Below, piece after piece: positions 18,901 through 29,110 of a DNA stretch of 64,000 nt. The number at the start of each line of letters is the position of its first letter. Positions within the stretch are counted from its first letter, which is position 1. The translations under genes and the position numbers were made by a program. The notes beneath the pieces are model-generated. The model saw nothing but the letters and a program-made list of their open reading frames with translations, was not told the origin of the DNA and made no database searches. The DNA comes from Verrucomicrobiota bacterium (lineage in GTDB: Bacteria > Verrucomicrobiota > Verrucomicrobiia > Limisphaerales > J093): contig JADJWF010000002.1 of NCBI GenBank assembly GCA_016716505.1, positions 602,434 to 666,433 of the forward strand. Direction: 5' to 3'.

Positions 18901-20703
18901 ATGATCCCTGACCTGATTCGTCTTGTTCGGACTTCGGCCGGTGCTTCTCGCCTCCTTAAACGGCTGGACCTACTTGCCCTGGCGGGCTGCCTCGCCGCTG
19001 CCATTGCGCCCACGGCCCTTTCCCAGGGTGTACCGACGGTCACGTCGGTCACCCCGGCCAACGGCGCCACGGGTGTCCCGGTCACCTCGACGTTGGTGTT
19101 CCGGTTCAGTCAGGACATGAATACGGAGGTGCCGCTGGTCCCGTCGGTGCCCCCGTTTTTAGTGGGCAACTTCGAGATCACCCCCGAAGCCGCGCAGATC
19201 TTCGATTTTGAGTGGAGCGCGGACAAACGAACCTTGACGGGCACGCCCAGCGGCGACCTGCCCGCAAACACCACCATCACCTGGCGACTCAACCCGGCCG
19301 GCTCCTTACTGCCCCTCACCAGCGTGGGTGGCACGCCGCTGGCGACGACGTCCGGCAGTTTCACCACCGGTGCCGGCGGGGGCGGAGGCGGCGGCGACGA
19401 GCCGGAGTTGCTCTTCGTTTCCCCCGCCGAAGGCGCGATGGGAGTGCCGCTGAATGCCAACGTCGTCTTCGTCTTTGACCGGCCGATGAAGAAGATCACC
19501 AACCCGGGCCCAGCCATCCGCTGGATTGGGGTCGAGGCGGCGAAGTTCACTTACGCCTGGAGCGGGGATGGCGCCACGTTGACCTGCGATTACGCGGGCG
19601 AATTTCCGCCGTTGACGACCATCGCTTGGGTGCTGAATCCCGAGGGGGCGGCTGTGCCGCTCGAGAGCGCGGACGGGGTACCGCTGCCGGAGGAAACCTA
19701 CAGCGGCGGGTTTATGACGACGGCCGGCGGCGGTGGCGGAGGCTGCGATCCCGATGGGATCCCGGACGCCTGGGGCGGCTATGGCATTTCCAAGCTGGGC
19801 AACTACGTCCAGACCTCGGCCGCCGATCCCGTTCCCACCTCGCCCGACCCGTTCGTGTTTTCCGCGATGGTCCTGAGCCCCGACGCCGGCCCGAATGTCA
19901 CGGCCGCGTCCGTGACGCTTCCCGGTGGGGGCCAGCGGGTGCTGGAGGCCATACCGTTCGCCAGCGGATTCATGTACGCCGACGAATCCCCGGCCACGGC
20001 AGCAGCCTTGGACACCGCCTACCCGGCCGGCAACTACACCCTGCGCTTCAATCAAACCGGCCAGCCCGAACGGGTCATTGCCATGAACATGCCCGTCGGC
20101 AACCCGCCCATACCCAAGATTGCCAACTATACGGAAGCCCAAACCATCAATGCCTCCCAAGACTTCACGCTCCGCTGGGGTGCTTTCACGGGCGCCACGG
20201 CCACGGATTACCTCTCGCTGGTCATCCACGACAACATGGGCCACATCTTATTCATGGCGCCGGACGCCTGCGTTCCCCGCCCGCTGCCGGTGACCGCGAC
20301 CTCGGTGGTCCTTCCGGCCAACACCCTGCAGTCCGGCAAGACCTACGAGGGCGAACTCACCTTCTCCCGGCTGTTCTATTTCTCGACCAACGCCGTCGCG
20401 AACATGTCCGGCAGCGGCAGTCTGACCCGGACGACGCGCTTCACGATCAGCACGGGCGGCGGAACCTCAGGTGCGGCTGCCCGCTTCACCGCCTTCCGCC
20501 TGCTGCCCAACGGCAACCCGGAGCTGACCCTGACGGGCACGGCCGGACGGAGCTACACCATTCAACGCACGGGCAGTTTGACGGCTCCCCGGGCGTGGGC
20601 CAACGCCGGCACCGTGACGATGAACGCGGCTGGCACTGCCGTGTTTGAGGATGTCCAGCCGGGCAAAGTCCTGCCCCTGTACTATCGCGCGGTCACTCAA
20701 TAG
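18901..20703 (+). CDS. Secreted protein with two tandem SbsA/Big_5-type Ig-like domains
   Basis: Signal peptide. VTSVTPANGATGVPVTSTLVFRFSQDM and a second copy FVSPAEGAMGVPLNANVVFVFDRPM, each followed by a poly-Gly linker. Confidence 0.7.
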   Translation: MIPDLIRLVRTSAGASRLLKRLDLLALAGCLAAAIAPTALSQGVPTVTSVTPANGATGVPVTSTLVFRFSQDMNTEVPLVPSVPPFLVGNFEITPEAAQIFDFEWSADKRTLTGTPSGDLPANTTITWRLNPAGSLLPLTSVGGTPLATTSGSFTTGAGGGGGGGDEPELLFVSPAEGAMGVPLNANVVFVFDRPMKKITNPGPAIRWIGVEAAKFTYAWSGDGATLTCDYAGEFPPLTTIAWVLNPEGAAVPLESADGVPLPEETYSGGFMTTAGGGGGGCDPDGIPDAWGGYGISKLGNYVQTSAADPVPTSPDPFVFSAMVLSPDAGPNVTAASVTLPGGGQRVLEAIPFASGFMYADESPATAAALDTAYPAGNYTLRFNQTGQPERVIAMNMPVGNPPIPKIANYTEAQTINASQDFTLRWGAFTGATATDYLSLVIHDNMGHILFMAPDACVPRPLPVTATSVVLPANTLQSGKTYEGELTFSRLFYFSTNAVANMSGSGSLTRTTRFTISTGGGTSGAAARFTAFRLLPNGNPELTLTGTAGRSYTIQRTGSLTAPRAWANAGTVTMNAAGTAVFEDVQPGKVLPLYYRAVTQ

Positions 20704-20766
20704 CCGCGCGCACCGTCGCCGCCCGTGCATTGACCCAAGCCGCCCGAACCGGTAGGCAGGGGCCGG

Positions 20767-21603
20767 ATGATTGACACTTCTGCCTTCTCCGGTCGCGTTG
20801 AGTTTGCGCCGGGTTTCGCGCCGCGTCGCGGCATCAGTCACGTTTTGTTCGATTTCGACGGCACGCTCTCGCTGATCCGGCAGGGCTGGCCGGACGTCAT
20901 GGTGCCGATGTTTGCCGAGCTGCTGCCGCCGCTGCCCGGGGAGACAGTCGAGGACCGCCGCCGGCTGGCGTTTGAGGACATCATGCGCCTCAACGGCAAA
21001 CAGACCATCTACCAGATGATTCAACTGGCGGATCGCATCCGGGAGCGCGGCGGCACGCCCGGAGATCCGCTCGCCTACAAGCACGAGTACCTCCGGCGGC
21101 TGGACCTCCGCATCGCCGACCGGGTAAACGGCCTGAAGACCGGCCGGCTTCGGCCAGACGACTTGCTCGTGTATCAAAGCCGGTCGCTGCTGGAGGAACT
21201 GCAGCGGCGCGGCCTGCGCCTCTACCTCGCCAGCGGGACGGACGAAGCCTACGTGAAGCAGGAGGCGGCGTTGCTGGACATCCAGCGCTATTTCGGTCCG
21301 CACATCTACGGCGCGCTGGATGACTACAAACAGTTCTCCAAGAAGATGGTGATCGAGCGAATCCTCCGCGAAAACGCCATCCCCGGCGCGGCGCTGCTCT
21401 CCTTCGGCGACGGCTACGTGGAGATTCAAAACACCAAGGAGGTCGGCGGCCTGGCGGTGGCGGTGGCCAGCGACGAAGCTCACAATGGTTCCGGCCGGAT
21501 GGACGAATGGAAACGCCAGCGCCTGCTGGGCGTCGGCGCGGACGTGGTCATTCCCGACTTCCGCGACGCGCTCCCGTTGCTGCGATGCCTGTTGGGTGAG
21601 TGA
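20767..21603 (+). CDS. HAD-superfamily hydrolase
   Basis: Motif I VLFDFDGTLS, motif III/IV region LLSFGDGYVEI. Confidence 0.8.
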   Translation: MIDTSAFSGRVEFAPGFAPRRGISHVLFDFDGTLSLIRQGWPDVMVPMFAELLPPLPGETVEDRRRLAFEDIMRLNGKQTIYQMIQLADRIRERGGTPGDPLAYKHEYLRRLDLRIADRVNGLKTGRLRPDDLLVYQSRSLLEELQRRGLRLYLASGTDEAYVKQEAALLDIQRYFGPHIYGALDDYKQFSKKMVIERILRENAIPGAALLSFGDGYVEIQNTKEVGGLAVAVASDEAHNGSGRMDEWKRQRLLGVGADVVIPDFRDALPLLRCLLGE

Positions 21604-21627
21604 CCGTCGGGCAGCGGCCACCCGCTT

Positions 21628-23799
21628 TCATTCGTTCAGCCGTTGCTCCAACGCCGGGTCCACCGCCAGCAGTCCGGAAACGAACGCCTCCCGCAGACGC
21701 GGATGAATCTCCCCCAGTTCGCGGGCGCGCTCCGCGAGGCTGAACGGCGTTTGTTCGCCAGCCTCGCGAACATACCGGGCCACGAGGGCGTGGTGATACT
21801 CCGTCAGTTCCGATTTCAACTCGGCGAGCGCGTCCGACAGCCGGCGCAGCGGGATCATCAAATCGTCGCGATCATACCGGGGCTTGGGTGAGTTCGGCTC
21901 GATGGCCTTGATGGCCTCCGCGAAGTACGAACGACGGGCGGCGTCGGTCTCCGCCAACGCCTGCCGCAGAGCGGGCAGCGCGGCGGCTGCCGCCGGCCCC
22001 AGCTCCTGCAGCGCCAAGGCCGCCTCCCAGCCGACTTCGGGATTGGACAGCCCAGCCGCGAGCTCGGCAATGGTGGCCGTGTCGTCGCGCATCTTGGAGC
22101 GCAACGCCTCGGCCTCCGCGCGGACCCGGAGGAGTTGATCCACCTCGGGCAGATCCGCTCGCGATTCCGGGTCCAGCGTGGCCAGCACTTCCACCAGTTG
22201 CCGCTGGAGCGCCCCCTGCCCTCGGCGCTCCGCCTCGGCCAACCGCGCCCGCAAGTCCCGGGCAACTTCCGCGGTCACGGCGCCGGGGTGGACTTCCTTG
22301 AGCGAATCGAGCGCGTCCAGGTGGAGCCGCGGGTCGTCGAGCGCGGCAAGGATGAGGGGAACCAGCGGCTGCGTGGGCTCGTTCTGGTCCGTCGCCAGCA
22401 CACACGCCGCCACAAACCGTCGGTCATCGGTCTCGTTCAGCCAGGACGCCAGCAACTCCCGGGCGGAATCTCGATGCTGGCGGTAAGCAGAGCGCCAGAA
22501 GCGGAGCGTCCTCCTCGCCACGGCAGGATTATCGGCCACGGCTGCGGCCACGGCCGGCAGGCAGTCCGGGGGCGTTTGCAGGTGGAGGAGCACGTCGGCC
22601 GCGTGCGACCACAACGCCTCACCCTCCGCCGAGCGCAGCACATCGGCCAGAGCAGCAATCGCGTCGGGCACGACTGCCAGCGCGGCGTCGCCCAACAACC
22701 ACAGGCCCCAGATCGCCCGTTCGCGCGCCGGCTGAGGGGCGCGGGAATCGCGCAACACCTCGACGAGTACCGCGAGGGTCGCGTCGGGGTAACCGGCCAG
22801 GGCGGTCACACACAGGCGCAAATCCGAAGGCGGCCAACTGTGGTCCGGGACCGGCGAGTTCAGAATCCGCCGCAGGTCGTCGAGCAGCGCGTCGCGTCCC
22901 ATCACGGCATCCGTCCTCGGCACGATTGAAAGGACCCGGACGCCGGGAATCGAACCAACCACCGAACGCGCTTGAGGCACAAGCTCTCCGGGTCCACCGA
23001 CGTGGCGCGAGACGGAGACCTCGTTGGAGAACGTAGTGAGTCGCCACAGCGTGACCGAACCGACGATCAAGGCCCCGGTGACGACCAACATGGCCGGCCT
23101 CGGCCGTGAAAGCGCTGCCCATTCGGCCAACCGATCGGCGAAGGAAAGCGGCGCTGGCGTGACGCGGAGTTTGCGCGCCGCCTCCCGAATGACGACCGGG
23201 AGTGCCGGCGGCGCTGGCGGTGCGGCGTGTTGCTCCAACCAGGCGCCCAGAGCGGCAGGGCCGACGGGCGCGCCTGCCCGAGCGAGCTGGACCCGCAGCC
23301 GTTCCAGGGCGCGGGTGACACGCATCCGCGCCGCGTCCGCGCTGATGCCGATTTGGTGCCCCACGTCCCGCAACGGGAGGCGGCGGAAGAAGCGAAGCAG
23401 CAGCAACTGGCGGTCGGCTTTGCCCAGTCGGTCCAGCGCTTCATCCAGAAGGGGCGCGACGTCGGTCCAGGGGGCGGGGTCAGCGGAAGTGTCCTGGGGC
23501 ATGGCGGCAGCCTCCTGTTCATGGACACGACGCCGGCGCTCGGCTCGCAGCCACTCCGCCGCCTTGAAGCACGCGGCGCGATGGAGCCAGCCGGTCAGGT
23601 CGGTCGCGGCCTGAAGTGGTCGGCCCTTGCGCAGCAACAGACAAAAGACGGCCTGACTGATGTCGGCCGCCGCGTGGGCGTCGCCTGTCCGGCGTTGGGC
23701 GGTGGCGTGGACCAGCCCCAGGTGGCGTTCGACCAACTCGGCGAAAGCCCGCTCATCGCCCGCTTCCCGGTACCGTCGCAGCAACTCGCCGTCATTCAT
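21628..23799 (-). CDS. ECF sigma-70 factor fused to a TM helix and a long HEAT/ARM-repeat C-terminal domain
   Basis: Region 2 (FAELVERHLGLVHATAQRR), region 4 (LLLLRFFRRLPLRDVGHQIGISADAARMRVTRALERLR), TM (AMLVVTGALIVGSVTLW), then about 470 aa of repeated helical LGD.A..AVP.L..AL units. Start at MNDGELL. Confidence 0.8.
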   Translation of the reverse strand: MNDGELLRRYREAGDERAFAELVERHLGLVHATAQRRTGDAHAAADISQAVFCLLLRKGRPLQAATDLTGWLHRAACFKAAEWLRAERRRRVHEQEAAAMPQDTSADPAPWTDVAPLLDEALDRLGKADRQLLLLRFFRRLPLRDVGHQIGISADAARMRVTRALERLRVQLARAGAPVGPAALGAWLEQHAAPPAPPALPVVIREAARKLRVTPAPLSFADRLAEWAALSRPRPAMLVVTGALIVGSVTLWRLTTFSNEVSVSRHVGGPGELVPQARSVVGSIPGVRVLSIVPRTDAVMGRDALLDDLRRILNSPVPDHSWPPSDLRLCVTALAGYPDATLAVLVEVLRDSRAPQPARERAIWGLWLLGDAALAVVPDAIAALADVLRSAEGEALWSHAADVLLHLQTPPDCLPAVAAAVADNPAVARRTLRFWRSAYRQHRDSARELLASWLNETDDRRFVAACVLATDQNEPTQPLVPLILAALDDPRLHLDALDSLKEVHPGAVTAEVARDLRARLAEAERRGQGALQRQLVEVLATLDPESRADLPEVDQLLRVRAEAEALRSKMRDDTATIAELAAGLSNPEVGWEAALALQELGPAAAAALPALRQALAETDAARRSYFAEAIKAIEPNSPKPRYDRDDLMIPLRRLSDALAELKSELTEYHHALVARYVREAGEQTPFSLAERARELGEIHPRLREAFVSGLLAVDPALEQRLNE

Positions 23800-23959
23800 A
23801 CTCACGGCTTGAATGGCCGGCGGCGGCGAAAGCGAACACAAAAGCTGCGGGACCGCCTAAGCTCAGTGGCCCCTCCGAGGGCAGTGCCTTCCCGGCAATT
23901 GCACGGCGATGGCCGGAAGCGCCACCGACCAAGGTGGGGCCAAGCGTGTCTGATCCAGT

Positions 23960-24208
23960 TCAATCCCCTCCGTCTCCGCCGCCACCATTCGAATCCTGCC
24001 AGTCTTCGGCTGCACCGCGGTGTGAATGAGAACTTGCGCCTTCATGGCTGCCACCACTCGCCCCGACATTGGGCGCGTCGCCACCCTCCCCGCCACGCCC
24101 GCCACCGCCGGCAAACCAACTGATGATAATCGCTCGAAAGCAAAACGCCGTTGCAGCGGTGACCCCAATGATCCCGAGCACGAGGATGGCGATCTCCTGA
24201 ACTGTCAT
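23960..24208 (-). CDS. Possible small membrane protein with Gly-rich tail (82 aa)
   Basis: ATG at 24208: MTVQEIAILVLGIIGVTAATAFCFRAIIISWF, then a G-rich tail. Fills the gap between the GH172-like gene and the sigma factor. Support is weak. Confidence 0.3.
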   Translation of the reverse strand: MTVQEIAILVLGIIGVTAATAFCFRAIIISWFAGGGGRGGEGGDAPNVGASGGSHEGASSHSHRGAAEDWQDSNGGGGDGGD

Positions 24209-24260
24209 GCGCGCCACGTCGCCAACGGATCGGCCCACGCCGGCACTCGCCTCCGCCGGC

Positions 24261-26284
24261 CTAGGGCATTGGCTCGAGCCGCAGGTAATCCAGGCCAAAC
24301 ATGTAGCTCTTCACCGCGCGGTCGTTGGCGCCCACGATTTCCACGCCCAGCCGGTGCTCGCCGGCGGCCAGGTCGTGCGCTCCCAGATCCAATTCACCGG
24401 TGGACACCACGCCATTGTTGAAGAGGTCAATCGTGGTCAGATCCCGGCCATCCAGGGTCAGTTTGACGATGCCGTAATCCACCGCCTTGGTCAGGGCGGC
24501 GAGAAGCTTGTAGCGGCCCGCTTTTTCGACCGGCAGCGCCAGTTCGAGCTTGTCGCCCGGTTTGGCCTCGATCCACCACAGGTGCGCGTCCCCGCTCCAG
24601 CGGCCTTCAAACAGCGTCAGATCCTGCTCGTGCGGGTTGCCGCCGGTCTTGGCGAGAATCTTCAGCCGTTCCCCCTCGATTGCGCCTTTCACGCGGTGGA
24701 TCTGAATGACGGCGTCATCCCAATAGCCCACGCGCTCGGCCAGCGGCTGCGGGGGATACGGATCCCGGCCGCCGGGGGCGAGGTACCAATAGACCGTGCT
24801 CGCGTAGAGCGTGGGCCGGGAGTTGGGAAAGTACTTCTCGATGGCCGCCTCGAAGGACCGCTGGAACGGCACGTTGTCCATGATGTGCCAGCGGTTCACG
24901 CAGACGTGGCCCTTGTTGTTCATCGAGATGGTCTGGTTGTGGTAGGCGTTTTGGAAGAGCGTCGGATTGCACCAGGCGTAGCCGAAGTAGTCCTCCGAGC
25001 CGGTGCCGATGGTCGAAGGGAACCTCTCGCCGTCCACCCAGAACTTCTCGTCGCCTTCACCCCACCACGAACCGCGCGGGTTCCACACGTGCAGCATCAC
25101 GCCGAGGAAGCGGCCGCGGCCCTCTGTCTTGAGCAGGGTCCAGTCAATCGCCCGGCGCGCGGGGTCCTCGGGCAGGAGCGCGTCGCGATGCCACTTGGCG
25201 TGGAATCGAGCGTATCGCTCCACTGGCTCGCGCAACGGCACGGTGACGACTTCGAGGGCAACTGAGCGGCTCTTTTGGCCGTCGTTCACCAGCGTGATGA
25301 CCGCGTCCTTTGCGTACGGCATGAACCAGTGCGAGTACCAGACCCCGTCCTCGGTCAGGCCGCTGGGCAGGGAACGATAGGGATTCGCGCCGGCCGTGGT
25401 GCCGAAGAAATCGGCGAAGGGCGCCCAGACGCCCGGCTGCGCCTCACCATCGAACTGAATCTGGATCGTCCATTCGCGGACGGCGACGCGATCGTCCTTG
25501 GTGAAGGGCGGGTCCACGCGGACGCGCAGGGTCTTGATGGCGCGCGGACCAGCCGGGGCGGCAACGGTGCGCTTGGCGCCGGCGGCGGAACTAACCTGCG
25601 CTTCCAGCACCTCCTCGCCGGGAGTGGTCGGCAGGTTCGGGCCGGGCTGGGCAAGCCGCGCGTTTGCGGCATCCAAGGCGGCGCTCTCCTCCGCAGTGAG
25701 CTGGCGCGAAAAAGTCGGCACCCGCGTTCCTGTGGGGAAGGTGGAGTAAGTGAACTGGTAGTAGGCGCCCCAGCCGGGTCGGCGACGATCTTGCAGGACT
25801 TCTGGTAAGGGATGGGCGTGTAGTTGTTCCAGCCCATTGCCACCGTGTGAACGAGGGCGCTCCGGTTGAAGGGCGCGTGCTGCCCGTCGAAGTAGCCCCG
25901 GAACGGCAGGTCCACCGCCGGCTCGGTCGCGCCGTCCAGGTAAATGCGCACGTGGCCGGTCTTGGGCGTGGCCGACCAGATGCGCCAGATGCAACCGGGG
26001 CCGGTCATCTCAGCCAGCACCTGCCGGTCACCCTCCTTGCGGATGATCCCGTGGCCGTCGCCGTTGGCGTCCCAACCCAGGTACTTGCCTGAGGCGGCGT
26101 CGTAGCGGCTGGCGCGGTCGTAGCTGGACCACTGCGCGCACCGCTCGCCGGGGTCGGGGAGCAAGGCGAGCCGTTGCAAATCGGTGAGGCGTTGGATGAG
26201 GTCCGGGTAGGCAAGTTGTTCGCCAGCCGTTAGCGAAACAGCGAGGGCCAGCGCCGCGAGACTGGAACAGAGGTGAATCTTCAT
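24261..26284 (-). pseudogene. DUF2961 (GH172) family protein with C-terminal carbohydrate-binding-like domain; frame broken near 25773-25778
   Basis: The N-terminus is in ORF 25355..26284 (signal peptide, SSYDR, GPGCIWRIW, NNYTPIPYQKSCKIVADP). It continues in ORF 24261..25994 from GWGAYYQFTYSTFP. The junction needs one extra nucleotide in the run GACCCGGCTGG. Confidence 0.75.
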
Positions 26285-26400
26285 GGCGACGGATTTGCCA
26301 CAACGCGTGGCCGAAGCCAGTCAAAAAGGGGGCAAATACTGCTTGCGCGGCTTTTCCGGCGATTGCTACTTTCCGCCCTCTTTTTTACGGACGGCAGATT

Positions 26401-26682
26401 ATGTCTCGACGTTGTGAACTCACCGGCAAGGCTCCGCGCAAGGGGAGCATCATTTGGCGGAGCGGCAAGGCGAAGAAGGCCGGCGGCATCGGCACGCACG
26501 TGACCGCCATCACGAAGCGCAAGTTTTACCCGAACCTCCAGCGCGTGAAGGCGCTGGTGGACGGACAGGTCCGCTACATCCGGGTGTGCGCCAAGGCCAT
26601 CAAAAAAGGCCTAGTGGTCAAGCCACCCAAGCGGACGTGGAAGAAGCCCGAGGGCGGGGCGGTGGCTCCGGCAAAGGCCTAG
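26401..26682 (+). CDS. rpmB: 50S ribosomal protein L28
   Basis: MSRRCELTGKAPRKG...KRKFYPNLQRV...IRVCAKAIKKG. Confidence 0.9.
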   Translation: MSRRCELTGKAPRKGSIIWRSGKAKKAGGIGTHVTAITKRKFYPNLQRVKALVDGQVRYIRVCAKAIKKGLVVKPPKRTWKKPEGGAVAPAKA

Positions 26683-26737
26683 TTACCGACAGCCTGGCGA
26701 CCGACCAACGCAACTCGGCGTCATCCACTTGAATTCG

Positions 26738-26772
26738 CAGGGCGAGGTCAGCCACCTCGCCCTGACTGTTTT
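26738..26772 (+). terminator. Weak intrinsic terminator after rpmB
   Basis: 11 bp stem CAGGGCGAGGT/ACCTCGCCCTG with a 5 nt loop, then ACTGTTTTC. The T-tract is short. Confidence 0.35.
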
Positions 26773-26784
26773 CGGGGACGGCGG

Positions 26785-27660
26785 TCAGCGAACGATTTCG
26801 GTCCGGTTGCCGGCGTCCGTGAAGATTTCGAGCAGCACGGAGTGCGGCACGCGCCCATCCACAAACGACACCTTGTCCACGCCCGCGAGAATCGCCGCCA
26901 CCGCGCTGTCCACCTTGGGGATCATTCCTTTGTCCACCACGCCGGCCCGCTTGAGATCCTCGATGTCGGCAGTCTTGACCTGCGGCATGACCGAAGACGG
27001 ATCCGCCGCGTCGCGCAAAAGGCCGGGCACGTCGCTCATGAACACCAAGCGCTTGGCCTTGAGAGCAATGGCGGTCATGGCGGCAGCGACATCGGCGTTG
27101 CAGTTGTAGAGCGCGCCGTCGAAGCCGCGGGCGGTGGGGCTGATCACCGGCGTGATCCCCCGGGCAATACAGTCTTCCAACGGGCCGGTGTTCACTTCCA
27201 CCACCTCTCCTACAAAGCCGAGGTCCAATTCCGCGCCGTCCTCGCCCTTGACGGACAGTTTGCGGCAGCGGAACACCTCCGGCCCGGCGATGCCCTTGGC
27301 CAGCCCGCCCAGCTTGTTGATCGTGGCCACAATCTCGGGGTTGATTTCGTGCGAGAGGACCGAATGGACAATCTCCACCGTCGCCTGGTCGGTCACGCGC
27401 TGGCCCTGGACAAACCGTGGCTTCAGCCCGGCCTTCTCCATCGCCCGGGTGATCGCCTTGCCGCCTCCGTGGACCACCACCGGATTGATCTCGACCGCCT
27501 CGAGAAAAACGATGTCGCGCGCCACGCCGGTCCGCACTGCCGGGTCCGGCGAGTCCATGAACGAACCCCCGTACTTGACGACGAACGTGCGCCCGGCGAA
27601 CCGCTGAATGTAGGGCAGCGCTTCAAGCAGCGTCTCGGCCTTGGAGATGAGATCCTGCAT
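26785..27660 (-). CDS. argB: Acetylglutamate kinase
   Basis: ALPYIQRFAGRTFVVKYGGSFM, VVVHGGG, NCNADVAA. Start at MQDLISKAE. Confidence 0.93.
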   Translation of the reverse strand: MQDLISKAETLLEALPYIQRFAGRTFVVKYGGSFMDSPDPAVRTGVARDIVFLEAVEINPVVVHGGGKAITRAMEKAGLKPRFVQGQRVTDQATVEIVHSVLSHEINPEIVATINKLGGLAKGIAGPEVFRCRKLSVKGEDGAELDLGFVGEVVEVNTGPLEDCIARGITPVISPTARGFDGALYNCNADVAAAMTAIALKAKRLVFMSDVPGLLRDAADPSSVMPQVKTADIEDLKRAGVVDKGMIPKVDSAVAAILAGVDKVSFVDGRVPHSVLLEIFTDAGNRTEIVR

Positions 27661-27740
27661 GGGCGGGGATTCAATCCGAACCGGTGCCGCTGGCAAGGCG
27701 CGAGCAGGCAGACGCCGGGGCGACGACCGGGACGCCCGGA

Positions 27741-29078
27741 TCAGCCTCCGAGCGACGCCGGATCGCTCACGTCGCCCTTGTTGAACTCGACGTACTCTTC
27801 GGTGAGGTCCGCCGCGTAAATCACCGCCCGGCCCCGGCCGAGGTTCAAGCGGATGTGCAAGTCGAACTCGTTTGCCGCGACGGCGGCACACAGCGCCTCG
27901 AAGGTGGCCCGCGTCGGCTGCCCGCGCCGCAGACTCCAGAGAATTCGGCGGCTTCCCGGCGCGCTGTAACCGATGTCCACCCGGTCTTCATTTACAGCGG
28001 CCGTGCTGTAGCCGAGAGCGTCAATGATCCGGCCCCAGTTGGGGTCGCCGCCAAACCAACTGGTCTTCACGAGCGCGCTGTTGGCCACCGCCCGCGCCGC
28101 GGCGTCAGCGTCGGCGTCGTTCTCGGCGCCCTCAACTCGAACCGTCACGAAGCGGGTCACGCCCTCGCCATCGCGGACGATCATTTGGGCCAGATCCAGA
28201 CAGACGCGATTCAGCGCCGCTTGAAACACCTGCGCGTCGCGGCTGGCCCTCGATCGCAACCGGGCGGCCGAATTTCCGGCGAGGCCGTTGGCCAGGATCA
28301 GCACCGTGTCGTTGGTGCTCATGTCGCCGTCCACCGTGATGCGATTGAAACTCTGCGCCGTCGCCTCCTGCAGCGCTGCCTGAAGCGCCGGCGCGCCAAT
28401 CGCGGCATCGGTCGTGAGGAAGCACAGCATCGTGGCGTGCAACGGCCGGGCCGCCGGCCGCCGGCCGGTTTCGCTCATGCCAGGTTGAATCATCCCGGCC
28501 CCCTTGGCGATGCCCCCGATGCGGACGCGTTGACCGTCGAGCATGAACTCGAGCGCGACCTGTTTGGGACGGGTGTCACTGGTCATGATCGCCTCCGCTG
28601 CCTCGGCGGCGTGTTCCGGGGCATTCCCCAGCAGAGCAGCGGCCCGGCGGATTCCCTCGCGGACATTCGCCATCGGCATCCGGACGCCGATTCGCCCGGT
28701 GGAGGCCACCAACACTTCCGTCCTCGGCAGGTGCAGCGCCGCAGCCGTCGCCGCCGCCATCGCGCGGGCGTCGGCCAGTCCCGGGCGGCCGGTGCAGGCA
28801 TTGGCGTTGCCCGAGTTGACCACGATCGCCTGGCCACGCCGGCCGGCGCGCAGGTGTTCGAGACACACCTTCACCGGAGCCGCGCAGACCTGGTTCGTCG
28901 TGAACATCCCGGCCGCCGTGGCGGGGACTTCGGACACGATCAGCGCCAGGTCACGCTTGGGTCCCTTGTCCGAACCCTTGCCGGTACCGAGGCGCTTGAT
29001 GTCGCAAAAAACGCCGCTGGCGAGGAAGCCCTGCGGCGCCACGACTGATCCGGTCACCTCCTTGAAAGCGTTTTTCAT
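27741..29078 (-). CDS. argJ: Bifunctional glutamate N-acetyltransferase / amino-acid acetyltransferase
   Basis: GVFCDIK, AAGMFTTNQVCAAPV, VVNSGNANACTG, GIAKGAGMIQPGM...ATMLCFLTTDA (autoprocessing site). Start at MKNAFKEV inside the 827-aa ORF. Confidence 0.93.
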   Translation of the reverse strand: MKNAFKEVTGSVVAPQGFLASGVFCDIKRLGTGKGSDKGPKRDLALIVSEVPATAAGMFTTNQVCAAPVKVCLEHLRAGRRGQAIVVNSGNANACTGRPGLADARAMAAATAAALHLPRTEVLVASTGRIGVRMPMANVREGIRRAAALLGNAPEHAAEAAEAIMTSDTRPKQVALEFMLDGQRVRIGGIAKGAGMIQPGMSETGRRPAARPLHATMLCFLTTDAAIGAPALQAALQEATAQSFNRITVDGDMSTNDTVLILANGLAGNSAARLRSRASRDAQVFQAALNRVCLDLAQMIVRDGEGVTRFVTVRVEGAENDADADAAARAVANSALVKTSWFGGDPNWGRIIDALGYSTAAVNEDRVDIGYSAPGSRRILWSLRRGQPTRATFEALCAAVAANEFDLHIRLNLGRGRAVIYAADLTEEYVEFNKGDVSDPASLGG

Positions 29079-29110
29079 TCGCCGGCAGGGTACCGGGACT
29101 GCCTCCGAGT

